Shown here: piece by piece, positions 1 through 9,610 of the stretch | Layout of the letters: every line of letters begins with the position of its first letter | Numbering within the stretch: the first letter of the stretch is position 1 | DNA from: Alphaproteobacteria bacterium | GTDB taxonomy: Bacteria; Pseudomonadota; Alphaproteobacteria; CALKHQ01 | Direction of reading: 5' to 3' | Assembly (NCBI GenBank): GCA_965227515.1 | Contig: CBDDFZ010000001.1 | Span: 1,152,001-1,216,000, forward strand | DNA: 64,000 nucleotides | Translations under genes and position numbers: made by a program | The notes under the pieces: generated by a model | Told to the model about the DNA's origin: nothing | Database searches by the model: none | What the model saw: only the letters and a program-made list of their open reading frames with translations

Positions 1-386
1 AACGCGAAGTGCAGCATCGAAACGGGCTGGACCGGCGGCTCGTCGTGATCGGGTATCAACTCCCGGTCCGGTTGCTCGTCGTCCGGTCCCCCATCGTCCG
101 GTCCCATGGGGCGCAGGTCGGACGCGTCGGGGTCGACCTCGAACTGCAGCACGAAGGCGGGGATCGTCAGCCGGTAGCGCGCGCCATCCACGGCGACGTC
201 GATCGGCGCCGACCAGACGATGGTGCCGCCCAGCGTCTCCTCGACATCGGCGAAGAAATTGGCGAAGTCGGCCTGCAGGACCGCCGCCCCGGTGGCGTCC
301 GCCGCCTGTGCCGGACTGAAGGTTGCGAGAGCGGCAACGAGCGCCGCGGCGCTACACGTCGTCGAACTGAAAAGGTATGGTTTCAT
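1..386 (-). CDS. Secreted acidic hypothetical protein, 5' part only (runs off the window); paralog of 781-2298
   Basis: Not in the ORF track. My translation from ATG 386 (AGAGG upstream) is MKPYLFSSTTCSAAALVAALATFSPAQAADATGAAVLQADF...APIDVAVDGARYRLTIP..., open to base 1. It has a signal peptide (AQA), and IDVAVDGARY matches IDVAIDGEAY in the neighbour. A short GPDD repeat lies at 79-105. Confidence 0.8.
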   Translation of the reverse strand, partial: MKPYLFSSTTCSAAALVAALATFSPAQAADATGAAVLQADFANFFADVEETLGGTIVWSAPIDVAVDGARYRLTIPAFVLQFEVDPDASDLRPMGPDDGGPDDEQPDRELIPDHDEPPVQPVSMLHFA

Positions 387-417
387 TGTTCTTGCCTCTG
401 GAACATGATCGTTCAAG

Positions 418-500
418 TCGGCGCCAGCCCTCTCCCCCACCCGGCCGCCCAGATAGCATACTTTCGTGGGCGGCCGGGTGGGGGAGAGGGCCGGTGCCGG
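418..500. repeat. Palindromic repeat family A, copy 1
   Basis: GCGCCAGCCCTCTCCCCCACCCGGCCGCCCA-gatagcatactttcg-TGGGCGGCCGGGTGGGGGAGAGGGCCGGTGC, a ~31-bp stem. Confidence 0.95.
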
Positions 501-607
501 TTCAGCGCGAGCTGACACGATCAAGGTGTATGTCCCACATCCCACTGTTTGGATGGCACACTTAGTGCGCCAAGTGGGCCGAAATTTGGCGCTGTTCACG
601 AGACACG

Positions 608-637
608 AAAAAGGGCCGCGCCCGAAGGCACGGCCCT
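608..637 (-). terminator. Rho-independent terminator of the 781-2298 gene
   Basis: Minus strand reads AGGGCCGTGCC-TTCG-GGCGCGGCCC-TTTTT: GC stem, cUUCGg loop, U tract. Confidence 0.8.
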
Positions 638-662
638 GTTGCATTGGGCTGAGAATTCGGTT

Positions 663-738
663 CCAGCCCACACCCCCTCCCGGCCACCCAACGATCGTAT
701 GCTGTCTGGGCGGCCGGGAGGGGGTGTGGGCCGGTGCC
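663..738. repeat. Palindromic repeat family A, copy 2
   Basis: CCAGCCCACACCCCCTCCCGGCCACCCA-acgatcgtatgctgtc-TGGGCGGCCGGGAGGGGGTGTGGGCCGG, with compensatory changes relative to copy 1. Confidence 0.95.
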
Positions 739-780
739 GCACTGAAAATGAGCGTGTCGCGCTCATTTTCGAGCGAAGAC

Positions 781-2298
781 TCAGAACGGCATGTTGCCCA
801 GCAGCGGGTCCAGGTCCTGGCCGTTCATGCGCACTTCGCCGCCTGAGGTGATCTCGAAGTCATAGATCGTCAGCGGCGTGCCGTTGGCATCCTCGTCCGC
901 CTGCCCCATGGCCTGGATCATGGTCATGGCCGCGGCCTGCTCGTTGCCGACCGTGCGCCCGACCTCGTCGATCATCGCGGCCATCTCGTTGACCACGATG
1001 GTGAGCCCGCCGCTGGTCATGAACGGCGAGCTGGCGTCGGCGGCGATACCGCCTTCGAACTGGATCAGCCCGGTTTCCCAACCGATGTCGCCGACGATGT
1101 CCATCGACGTGCCGGACTGCAGCATCAACTGGACGAACTGCTGGCCCAGCATCGGGCCGACGGCATCCATGTCCTGGATCTCGCTGCCGCCGACGGTGTC
1201 TTCCAGCGCCCCCCAGCCCAGGCCGGTGGGTACGTCATTGGCGGTGATCTCCACGTCGACGATGGTCGGCACGAAGTTCTCCGGCACGTCGCCCTGCGGG
1301 ATGTCGAGGCCCTGCAGGTAGAAGCTGAGAATCCAGTTCGAGGTGTCCTCGCCCAGGCCGAAGATGCCGAATTCGAAGCTGTGCTCGTCGATGAACACCT
1401 GGTCGCCCGGCGCACCGCCGGTCAGCCCGGCGACGTACCAGCCCAGCGAGAAGTCCTCGACCACGGTCGGCATGTCCAGAACCAGCCGCTTGATCATGGA
1501 GAAGAGCTCGAGCTGGCTGCCCGGCTCGTCCAACTGGCCGTCGGTCAGGCCGTGCTCCTCGGCATAGTCCATGTATTCGCTGAACGCGAAGCCGCCGAAG
1601 TTCTCGTAGAAGGACAGCTCGGTGAACTGCAGCGGGACCTGGCCCTCGACCTCGGCGACCAGATCGGCGATGCGGATCTCGGCGTCGCCGTCCCACAGCC
1701 CGGGCCGGGTCTCCAGCATGTTCAGCACCAGCGACAGCTCGGCCACGGTCAGCCGCCCGTCGTCCATGTCGGCGCCCTCTGTGGGCTGCGCGACCAGGTT
1801 GTCGAACAGGATGTCCAGGCTGGTGGCGTAGTCGATGTCCGCCGACCAGTCTCCCCCGATGTGATGGTTGCCGATGATGACCTCGCCGCTGCCGTCCTCG
1901 CCGTGGATGACGAACGTCACCGGCTTGTCGCCCTCGCCGAAGGTCGCGTCGAAGCTGTACATATCCGGGTCGACCGGGTCCGGCACGATGGTGATGGTCA
2001 GGTCGCCGAAGTCCGCGCCGCCTAGCTCGATGGAAGGCACGTCCGGGTCGCCTATCACCAGGGCCAGATCGGCCAGGGTCACGACGTAGGCCTCGCCGTC
2101 GATGGCGACATCGATGCCGCCGGCCGCCGCGATCGTCGTCGCGGCACTGGAGGAATCTTCCAGCCACGCCTCGACCGCCTGCTGGATACGGTTCGCCTCG
2201 GCCTGGTTGGCGGCGGACGCCGGCGCGGCCCAGACGGCCAGCGCGGTGGTGGCGAGCAAGGCACTGAGAGTGGCGGATCTGGAACGGTGTCCGATCAT
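781..2298 (-). CDS. Secreted, very acidic hypothetical protein (DUF2125/YdgA-like C-terminus possible)
   Basis: 505 aa with signal peptide (AAPASA-A), high D/E content and host-like codon usage. The C-terminal YDFEITSGGEVRMNGQDL resembles DUF2125/DUF945-type termini. Confidence 0.75.
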   Translation of the reverse strand: MIGHRSRSATLSALLATTALAVWAAPASAANQAEANRIQQAVEAWLEDSSSAATTIAAAGGIDVAIDGEAYVVTLADLALVIGDPDVPSIELGGADFGDLTITIVPDPVDPDMYSFDATFGEGDKPVTFVIHGEDGSGEVIIGNHHIGGDWSADIDYATSLDILFDNLVAQPTEGADMDDGRLTVAELSLVLNMLETRPGLWDGDAEIRIADLVAEVEGQVPLQFTELSFYENFGGFAFSEYMDYAEEHGLTDGQLDEPGSQLELFSMIKRLVLDMPTVVEDFSLGWYVAGLTGGAPGDQVFIDEHSFEFGIFGLGEDTSNWILSFYLQGLDIPQGDVPENFVPTIVDVEITANDVPTGLGWGALEDTVGGSEIQDMDAVGPMLGQQFVQLMLQSGTSMDIVGDIGWETGLIQFEGGIAADASSPFMTSGGLTIVVNEMAAMIDEVGRTVGNEQAAAMTMIQAMGQADEDANGTPLTIYDFEITSGGEVRMNGQDLDPLLGNMPF

Positions 2299-2465
2299 GT
2301 CGTGTGCTCCGGTTCAGATGGGCGACGGGCCGGGCGGGTGCGTCCTGCGCCTGAGCGCGGCCCGATGAAACTTTGCATTCGGTATTGGCAGAATGTGGCA
2401 GCACTGCGGTAACGCGGCCAGCATTTGATGTTGCACATCTTGGCGCGAGCCGCCAAATCTTGCCC

Positions 2466-5165
2466 ATGCATATGGGCCACGCTCCGGCACAGGGCCGCGT
2501 TACCGTCAAGGCCGTGCTCGGCCCGACCAATACCGGCAAGACGCATCTGGCGATCGAGCGCATGCTGGCGCACCGCAGCGGCATGATCGGCCTGCCGTTG
2601 CGCCTGTTGGCGCGGGAGATCTACGACCGCATCGTCACCGTGCGCGGCACCCGCAGTGTCGCCTTGGTCACCGGCGAGGAGAAGATCGTCCCGCCGTCGG
2701 CGAGCTACTATGTCTGCACGGTGGAGGCGATGCCGCTGGACATTCCGGTGGAGTTCCTGGCCATCGACGAGGTGCAGCTCGCCGCCGACGCCCATCGCGG
2801 CCACGTTTTCACCCAGCGCATCCTGGGCGCGCGCGGCATCTCCGAGACCATGTTGCTGGGGTCCGATACCGCCGCCCCCCTGTTGCGCAAGCTGTTGCCG
2901 GGGCTGGAAGTGGAGCGGCGCGAGCGGTTGTCGCGGCTCAGCTACGCCGGCCCGCGCAAGCTGCATCGCCTGTCGCCGCGCACGGCGGTGGTGGCGTTCT
3001 CGGCCGAGGACGTCCACGACATCGCGGTCGCATTGCGCCGCCGGCGCGGCGGTTGCGCGGTGGTGATGGGCGCGCTCAGCCCGCGCACCCGCAACGCCCA
3101 GGTGGCGATGTACCAGGCCGGCGAGGTCGACTTCCTGGTCGCCACCGATGCCATCGGCATGGGCCTGAACATGGACATCGACCATGTCGCGTTCGCCAGC
3201 ACCACCAAGTTCGACGGCAAGCGCATCCGCACTCTGACCGACGCGGAGATCGGCCAGATCGCGGGGCGCGCCGGCCGCCACCTGCGCGACGGCACTTTCG
3301 GGGTCACAGACCGCCAGTATCCGTTCGAGCAGGAGCGGATCGACGCGCTGGAAGCACACGACTTCCCGCCCGCCTATTGGTTCACCTGGCGCAATGGGTC
3401 CATCGACACCCGGAACCTGGCGTCGCTGAAGGCCAGCCTGCGCCAACCGCCGCCGCAGCCGTTCCTGGTGCCGGTCGCCGACGCGGTCGACCAGGCAACC
3501 CTGGATGCGCTGACCGAGCAGCCAGACCTTGCCGCGCTGGCGCAGGACCGTGACGGCGTCGCCCTGCTGTGGGACGTGTGCCAGATCCCGGACTTCGTCC
3601 AGGGCTCGGTGGCGAGCCATGCCCGCTTCCTGGGACGTGTGTTCGCCTATCTGCGCGGGCCCGACGAGCGGCTGCCGACCGACTGGGTCGCGCGCAACAC
3701 CGCCAAGCTGGACAACCAGACCGGCGACATCCCGGTGCTGCTGGACCGGATCGCACGCATCCGCTCGTGGACCTATCTGGCGCATCGCGCCGACTGGGTC
3801 GACGACCCCGACCACTGGCGCGAGCGCACCCGCGATATCGAGGACCGGCTGAGCGACGCGCTGCACGACCGGCTTACCGACCAGTTCGTCGATCCCTACG
3901 GTCCGCAGCACGGCCGCCGCCGTCATGACGGGCCGGCGCCGGTGGGGGTGGTGCGGTCCGACGAGGTGCTGCTGGACGGCACCGCCATTGGCGTCATTCA
4001 GGGCCTGAGCTTCATGCCGGCGCCCGACGGCGAGATCGACGCGGTGACCCTGCGCCATGGCCGGCGCGGCGAGGATGGGGCCAGGGCACGCGCGGTGCGC
4101 CAGGCGCTTCGGGGCGCGGTGCCGGCGCGGGTGCGGGCGGTCGCAGAAGCCGCCGACGCCGATTTCAAGCTGGGCGCGGACGGGCACGTGCGCTGGCAGG
4201 GCCATGCGGTTGCCAAACTGGTGCGCGGCGACGACATCCTGCACCCGAAGGTGGAGCTGGTCGGGAACCTGGAACTGTCGCCTGACGACCGGGTGCGGAT
4301 CGTGGCACGGATACAGGCCTGGCTGGCGGCTGAGCTGGCCACCCGCCTGAAACCGCTGTTCGATCTGGCGAGCGCCAGTCTGGGCGGCCATGCGCGCGGC
4401 ATCGCCTTCCAGTTGGCCCATGGGTTGGGCATGGTCTCGCGCGCCAGCGTGCGCGCCCATGTCGATGGGCTGGCCACCGGCGACCGGCGGGCCTTGCGCG
4501 CGCTGGGAGTCCGCATCGGGCGGGCGAGCCTGACCGTGACCACGCTGCGCAGCCCGCTGGCGGCGCGCACCCGCGCGATGCTGTGGTGCCTGTGGGCTGG
4601 CCAGGACGTGCCCAACCTGCCTGCGAGGGGTGGGCGCAGCGTGCCGGCCGATCCGGCGGCACCGGCGGCGTTCTACGAGGCGCTGGGCCATTGGCTGGTC
4701 GGCCGTCGCGCGGTGCCGATCTCCAATGTGGAGTGGATCGCCGGCCGCGCCGGCGCCACCCTGCGCAAGGGCGTGCTGGCCCCGACCCCGGAGCTGGCAT
4801 CGTGCGCCGACCTGACCCTGGCCGAATTGCGCGACCTGTTGTCCCGCCTGGGCTATCGGCGCGTGCAGGGTGCGGACGGCGTTCACTTCCGCCTGCACGG
4901 CAGGCGCGACCGGCCACGCGGCAACGCCGGCAAGGGCGCCAAGAAGCCGCCCGCCGAGCGCAACGACCAGGCCAACGCCAAAAATAAGTCCAACGGCAAG
5001 CCTGGGCGCAAGCCGGACGCCGCCCAGAGCGAGCCCGTCAAACAAGTTGCGGATACCCGCGCCAAGCCGCCGCGTCGCCGCCGCAAGCCGCCGGCTGCGA
5101 TCAATCCCGACTCGCCCTTTGCCGTCCTGCGCGACCTGAAGCGACAGCTCGAGCGCGGCCGATGA
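2466..5165 (+). CDS. SUV3/MgpS-family ATP-dependent helicase
   Basis: LGPTNTGKT Walker A, PLRLLARE, CTVEAMP, IDEVQ, ATDAIGMGLN, QIAGRAGR, and C-terminal NPDSPFAVL. Start uncertain (2466 or 2472). Confidence 0.92.
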   Translation: MHMGHAPAQGRVTVKAVLGPTNTGKTHLAIERMLAHRSGMIGLPLRLLAREIYDRIVTVRGTRSVALVTGEEKIVPPSASYYVCTVEAMPLDIPVEFLAIDEVQLAADAHRGHVFTQRILGARGISETMLLGSDTAAPLLRKLLPGLEVERRERLSRLSYAGPRKLHRLSPRTAVVAFSAEDVHDIAVALRRRRGGCAVVMGALSPRTRNAQVAMYQAGEVDFLVATDAIGMGLNMDIDHVAFASTTKFDGKRIRTLTDAEIGQIAGRAGRHLRDGTFGVTDRQYPFEQERIDALEAHDFPPAYWFTWRNGSIDTRNLASLKASLRQPPPQPFLVPVADAVDQATLDALTEQPDLAALAQDRDGVALLWDVCQIPDFVQGSVASHARFLGRVFAYLRGPDERLPTDWVARNTAKLDNQTGDIPVLLDRIARIRSWTYLAHRADWVDDPDHWRERTRDIEDRLSDALHDRLTDQFVDPYGPQHGRRRHDGPAPVGVVRSDEVLLDGTAIGVIQGLSFMPAPDGEIDAVTLRHGRRGEDGARARAVRQALRGAVPARVRAVAEAADADFKLGADGHVRWQGHAVAKLVRGDDILHPKVELVGNLELSPDDRVRIVARIQAWLAAELATRLKPLFDLASASLGGHARGIAFQLAHGLGMVSRASVRAHVDGLATGDRRALRALGVRIGRASLTVTTLRSPLAARTRAMLWCLWAGQDVPNLPARGGRSVPADPAAPAAFYEALGHWLVGRRAVPISNVEWIAGRAGATLRKGVLAPTPELASCADLTLAELRDLLSRLGYRRVQGADGVHFRLHGRRDRPRGNAGKGAKKPPAERNDQANAKNKSNGKPGRKPDAAQSEPVKQVADTRAKPPRRRRKPPAAINPDSPFAVLRDLKRQLERGR

Positions 5166-5551
5166 GCGAGGATGCCGCCCGGCAGCGACTGGACAAATGG
5201 CTCTGGTTCGCCAGATTCTACAAGAGCCGCACGCTGGCCGCGGCGGCCTGCAACGGCGGCAAGATCAGGGTCAATCGCGCGCCGGTGGCCAAGGCAAACA
5301 CAGCGGTGAAGGTGGGCGACGTGCTGACATTCGCCCGCGGCCCCCACGTGCGGGTTATCGAGGTTGCGGCGCTGGGCGTGCGCCGTGGGCCGGCGCCGGA
5401 AGCGGCGACACTCTACGTCGACCTGCAGCCGCCTGAGCCGCGCAAGGCTGCGCCGGAGAGCCAGGAACAGGCGCACCGCGCACCGGGCAGCGGTCGGCCG
5501 ACCAAGCGCGACCGGCGCCAGATCGACCGCATTCGCGGCCTCGAGTCATGA
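5162..5551 (+). CDS. hslR: Ribosome-associated heat shock protein Hsp15 (S4 domain)
   Basis: RLDKWLWFARFYKSRTLA...GRPTKRDRR; ATGA overlap with the helicase stop. Confidence 0.93.
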   Translation: MSEDAARQRLDKWLWFARFYKSRTLAAAACNGGKIRVNRAPVAKANTAVKVGDVLTFARGPHVRVIEVAALGVRRGPAPEAATLYVDLQPPEPRKAAPESQEQAHRAPGSGRPTKRDRRQIDRIRGLES

Positions 5552-5600
5552 TGCGCCTCCGCCCCGCCGCGCCGTGGGGCATGGAACGGGAGACAGGACC

Positions 5601-6083
5601 ATGTTCGGTCGGCTGAAAGAGTTGTTTGTCGTCGAGACCGATATCGCCGACGACGCGGGCGGCTCTGGCGAGGGGTTCGACGACGTGCAGTTGGCGGCCG
5701 CCGCCCTGATGATCGAGACCGCCAGCCTGGACGACCATTTCGGCGAGGACGAGCGTGCCGAGATCAAGCGGCTTGTGCGCGCGGAGTTCGCGCTCGACAG
5801 CGCGGTGGCGGACCGGCTGATCGCGGCGGCGGAACTGGCCGCGGGCGACGCCACCCATTATCAGCGCTTCACCCAGACGCTGAAAGACGCTTATGACGAC
5901 GCCGAACGCACCAGAATGATGGAAATGCTGTGGCGGGTGGCCTATGCCGATGGCCAGGTACACGATCTGGAAGCAAGCATGATGCGCCGCATTGGCGGGT
6001 TGCTCTATATTTCGGATCGTGACAACGGTGCGGCGCGCAAGCGGGCCCTGGCCGGGCGCGACGACCCGTTGACGGCCGATTGA
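5601..6083 (+). CDS. TerB-family protein
   Basis: QLAAAALMIE...E.ERAEI...MLWRVAYADG...EASMMRRIGGLL; ACAGGA RBS before ATG 5601. Confidence 0.85.
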   Translation: MFGRLKELFVVETDIADDAGGSGEGFDDVQLAAAALMIETASLDDHFGEDERAEIKRLVRAEFALDSAVADRLIAAAELAAGDATHYQRFTQTLKDAYDDAERTRMMEMLWRVAYADGQVHDLEASMMRRIGGLLYISDRDNGAARKRALAGRDDPLTAD

Positions 6084-6137
6084 CGAACTGACTTTGCTAC
6101 ACGCCGGCGCGCATGCCGGCGAGGGAGGGATGAGCGA

Positions 6138-6473
6138 ATGACCTACGTGGTGCTGGAGGCCTGCATCAAGTGCAAGTACATGGATTGCGTCGAAGTCTGC
6201 CCGGTCGACTGCTTCTACGAAGGTGAAAACATGCTCGTCATCCACCCGGATGAGTGCATCGATTGCGGCGTGTGCGAGCCCGAATGCCCCGTCGAGGCGA
6301 TCGTGCCCGACACCGAGCCGAACATCGACAAATGGCTCGAAGTTAACCGTGACTACGCCGAGCAATGGCCGAACATTACCCAGAAGGGCGCGTCGCCAGA
6401 CGATTCTGACGATTGGAAGGACGTGAAGGAAAAGGCCGAACATTTCAGCCCGAATCCCGGCGCCGGGGATTAA
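6138..6473 (+). CDS. fdxA: 7Fe ferredoxin
   Basis: [51 protein letters not shown]. Confidence 0.97.
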   Translation: MTYVVLEACIKCKYMDCVEVCPVDCFYEGENMLVIHPDECIDCGVCEPECPVEAIVPDTEPNIDKWLEVNRDYAEQWPNITQKGASPDDSDDWKDVKEKAEHFSPNPGAGD

Positions 6474-6792
6474 CCAAGTCAGCTACCGCCCGGCACTTTT
6501 TTGTACAAAAACGGCGGATTTTGTGGTAGCTTACTTGGGTTGAGGTCGGTGCATTGCAGGCTTGGGTGAAGGTTTGTGGTTAACGCTTTCTCAGTCTTGG
6601 CAGTGCGCGGTCACCCTAGTGAATTCGCCGTGAGGCTAGGCGGACGCTGACGTCGGCCGGATCACAAATTGGGCGGAATTCACCCGTAGGATCAAGCGAA
6701 CGACGACACTCCGTTCGAACAGGAGTTCGAGCGCTGTGGGCGTTGTTGTGAGTCGCCGTTATTGCGCGTTGAACGAGGGCTGAACAGACAAG

Positions 6793-7290
6793 ATGTCGGA
6801 AAAGATGGATTTCAAGCCGGGTGAGAGCGTCGTCTATCCCACCCACGGTGTCGGTAAGATCGAGGCGATCGAAACCCAGACCATCGCGGGCCATGAGCTG
6901 CGTGTGCTGGTGGTCAGCTTCGAGAAGGACCGGATGACGTTGCGGGTGCCGATCAACAAGATCGGCGCGTCGGGCCTGCGCGCGCTGAGTTCGCGCCAGC
7001 AGATGGACAGTGCCCTGAAGACCCTGAAGGGCCGGGCGCGCACCAAGCGCACCATGTGGAGCCGCCGGGCGCAGGAGTACGAAGCGAAGATCAACTCCGG
7101 CGACCCGGTGTCGATCGCCGAGGTGGTGCGCGATTTGCACCGCTCGTCGAACCAGCCGGACCAGTCGTACAGCGAGCGCCAGATCTACCAGGCGGCACTC
7201 GACCGCCTGGTGCGTGAGCTGGCGGCGGTGGAAAGCATCGGCGAGACCGACGCGGTCACCAAGCTGGAGCAGGTGCTGGAAGCCGCCTGA
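6793..7290 (+). CDS. carD: CarD/CdnL RNA polymerase-binding transcription factor
   Basis: VVYPTHGVG, MWSRRAQEYEAKINSGD, QSYSERQIY; the usual alphaproteobacterial position after fdxA. Confidence 0.96.
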   Translation: MSEKMDFKPGESVVYPTHGVGKIEAIETQTIAGHELRVLVVSFEKDRMTLRVPINKIGASGLRALSSRQQMDSALKTLKGRARTKRTMWSRRAQEYEAKINSGDPVSIAEVVRDLHRSSNQPDQSYSERQIYQAALDRLVRELAAVESIGETDAVTKLEQVLEAA

Positions 7291-7313
7291 AGCGGAGAGT
7301 CCTGACAGATTAG

Positions 7314-7346
7314 AAGGGCCGGCGGGGCAACTTGCCGGCCCTTTTT
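7314..7346 (+). terminator. Rho-independent terminator of carD
   Basis: AAGGGCCGGCGGG-GCAA-CTTGCCGGCCC-TTTTT. Confidence 0.85.
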
Positions 7347-7381
7347 CGTCAGTGGGGCCGAAAGGACCGCCTGAACGCGAG

Positions 7382-7413
7382 AAGCCCTCCCCCGCGTGCG
7401 TGGGGGAGGGCTT
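7382..7413. terminator. Hairpin, possible terminator of the convergent 7472-7801 gene
   Basis: AAGCCCTCCCCCGCG-TG-CGTGGGGGAGGGCTT between convergent genes. Confidence 0.55.
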
Positions 7414-7471
7414 ATGCCCGGGCGATTGCGGCGTTGGTCACCCGGTCATATCAGTGTCTTGCGCTAGCGCT

Positions 7472-7801
7472 TTACTCGATCACGAGGGTGTCGTTGGCGC
7501 AGAAGTCGAAGCCGTAGCCGTCCATCTCATAGCCGTCGGCCCAGACGACCAGCACGTCGTAGATGCAGTGGTCGCCGTTGGAGCTCAGCTCATAGACGCC
7601 GCCGGCCGGCAGGATGTCGTTGCCCAGCACGTCGGTGCCCCAGTCGGCGGCATAGTCCGGCGAGATGTAGACGTAGTGGATGTCCATGCCGCTGGCGTTT
7701 TCCAGGGACAGGTTCGACGCGGCCTGGGCGGCGGTGGCAGCGGCCAGCACGCCGGCGGCGGCGATGGTGGCGACGGCGGTATTCCGGATGGTCTTGAACA
7801 T
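7472..7801 (-). CDS. Small secreted beta-rich protein with two cysteines
   Basis: Signal peptide AAQA-A, then YVYISP...WGTDVLG...CIYD...DG...DFC, the pattern of a widespread small periplasmic family; GGAG RBS. Confidence 0.8.
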   Translation of the reverse strand: MFKTIRNTAVATIAAAGVLAAATAAQAASNLSLENASGMDIHYVYISPDYAADWGTDVLGNDILPAGGVYELSSNGDHCIYDVLVVWADGYEMDGYGFDFCANDTLVIE

Positions 7802-7942
7802 GACGGTTGCTCCCGTTTTCCAAATGGCTGCGGGCGTCTCGCCCTGCCGATGAGTTGGATTTGGGAACGCCTGAAACCCCACCCTGTGAACCAGATCACC
7901 GCTGCCGCGATTTCCGGTGAACCGTCGAAGATTCTGGGCGCC

Positions 7943-8497
7943 TTACAGCGCTTCGCCCGCCAGTTCGGCGCGGAGTTGCTCGACCCGCACCTGCGCGCTG
8001 CCAAGCATCGGATAGACCTCGAGCGCCTGCTCATAGGCTTCCAACGCGCCCTCGGGCTCGCCCAGCGCATCGAAGATCATGCCGAGGCCGCTCAGCGCCC
8101 CGAAATGGCGCGGCTCAAGCTCCAGCGTCTTCTGCACGTCGGCGGCTGAGGCCAGGTAGTCGCCCATGTAGAAAAGCACCGTGGCCCGCTTGTTCCAGGC
8201 CTCCGCATAGTCGGGCGCATATTCGATCAGCGCGGTAAAGGCGTCGGCGGCGGACTCCAGGCGATGCTGGCGCATGGCGTCGATGCCGCCCAGCATCATG
8301 ATCTCCGCTTCCTTGTCGTCGGTCGCGATCCACCGCACCCAGATCTCGCGCTCGACCGCCTGCGCCTCGGCGGGGTTTTCCGCCGCCGCCAGCCGATCGA
8401 ACAGGGTGGGCAGTTCCGGGTCGGCTTGGTCGGCCAAGGCCGGCGTGGCCAGCGCCACCACCGCAAGAATGCCCTGAACACGTGCCAAGAAAGTCAT
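7943..8497 (-). CDS. Secreted TPR-repeat protein
   Basis: APDYAEAWNKRAT, LEPRHFGALSGLG TPR motifs; signal peptide PALA-D. Confidence 0.9.
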   Translation of the reverse strand: MTFLARVQGILAVVALATPALADQADPELPTLFDRLAAAENPAEAQAVEREIWVRWIATDDKEAEIMMLGGIDAMRQHRLESAADAFTALIEYAPDYAEAWNKRATVLFYMGDYLASAADVQKTLELEPRHFGALSGLGMIFDALGEPEGALEAYEQALEVYPMLGSAQVRVEQLRAELAGEAL

Positions 8498-8559
8498 CGC
8501 CGCTCTCCCGCTAGCTGAGCATGGCTGTGAGCCTACACCCGCCGCCGGCACACACCCGA

Positions 8560-9495
8560 TCACGATGGCGCAATGGCGGTGAGTTCAGCGAGGCGCGCGA
8601 TCACGGCGTCGGGGTCGAGGGTGGCGAGATCGTCGACCCGCATCACCGCGACCGCCGGGCCGCGCGGCGCGATCAGAGCCGGGTCGGACGCGGCGGAGAA
8701 CACCACCAGCGACGGCGCGCCGATGGCTGCCGTGCCGTGCATCGGGCCGGTGTCGTTGCCGACGGCCGCCGCGGCGCCGCGCGCCAGGGCCAGCACCTCG
8801 ACCAGGCTGGTGGCACCGCCGAGGTCGATGGCGTCCGGGCAGTCGCGCCTGACCGCCGAAATCGTCTCCGCCTCCTGCGCGGTGCCGATCAGCACCGGCG
8901 CGATGCCTTGCCCGGCAAGCCAGCGCCCGACGGCAGCGAAGTGTGCCGCGGGCCAGCGCTTCTCCGGCCGGTGCGGGGCGCAGCCGGGCACGATGAGGGC
9001 GTAACGTTCCGGCAGGTCGAATCGCGCGACGTCGGTATCGACCCAGTCGAACGACGGCGCCGGCACGTCGGCGATGCCGCTGAGCGCAAGCTGCGCGCGC
9101 TCCCGGTCCATGATGTGGATCGCGCGGCCGGTGGGCTTGACGTAGCGATGGGTGGCGCCGGCGACGGTGCCGTTCCATTCCGGCCGCCGGCCGACCAGGG
9201 CGCGGAACATGGTGGCGGTGCGGTCGGACCGCTGCAGGTCGTAGACATGGGTCAGCCCGGCGCCGCGCAGCCGGCGGACCAGGCCCAGCCAGGCGCCTGG
9301 TTGGGTGAGCTTCGGCTTCGGGTCGACCCAGACCTCGTCGAACCATCCGGTCGCCTCGATCAGCGGCACGAACGGGCGGGTGGTCAGCATCAACAGGCGC
9401 GCGTCCGGGTGATGGCGCCGGATCGCCTGGAACGGGCCCAGCGACATGATGATGTCGCCCAGCGCCCCATGCTTGATGATCAGGACGGTCTGCAT
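8560..9495 (-). CDS. Glycosyltransferase family 9 (ADP-heptose:LPS heptosyltransferase-like)
   Basis: IIKHGALGD, KRWP, VGNDTGPMH. Confidence 0.93.
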   Translation of the reverse strand: MQTVLIIKHGALGDIIMSLGPFQAIRRHHPDARLLMLTTRPFVPLIEATGWFDEVWVDPKPKLTQPGAWLGLVRRLRGAGLTHVYDLQRSDRTATMFRALVGRRPEWNGTVAGATHRYVKPTGRAIHIMDRERAQLALSGIADVPAPSFDWVDTDVARFDLPERYALIVPGCAPHRPEKRWPAAHFAAVGRWLAGQGIAPVLIGTAQEAETISAVRRDCPDAIDLGGATSLVEVLALARGAAAAVGNDTGPMHGTAAIGAPSLVVFSAASDPALIAPRGPAVAVMRVDDLATLDPDAVIARLAELTAIAPS

Positions 9496-9610
9496 GGCGC
9501 CACTTACACGCCGGTTGTGCAACACGGCAACGCCTGTGCGCAAAATTTGCCGGGCCGCGCCGAAATGAACTACATCAACGGGGAGGCAATCACTCGACGT
9601 CGCGGAGTCG

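Noticed and set aside
554-568. Sigma54-like TGGCAC-N5-GTGC site
   Set aside because: The -12 element is imperfect, and it lies on the plus strand pointing at no gene (both neighbours are on the minus strand).
2295-5045. Very long antisense or alternate-frame ORFs (e.g. 2295-5045, 30587-33331, 33398-35590, 17469-19760, 47652-49544)
   Set aside because: Shadow ORFs of real genes in high-GC DNA: Arg/Ala/Gly/His-rich with no motifs, and they overlap well-supported CDSs.
6474-6792. ncRNA or riboswitch in the long fdxA-carD spacer
   Set aside because: No recognisable aptamer or terminator; a long promoter/5' UTR for carD explains it.
7382-7413. Hairpin as a seventh family-A copy
   Set aside because: It shares only CCCTCCCCC/GGGGGAGGG, lacks the inner arm and the conserved loop, and is better explained as a terminator.
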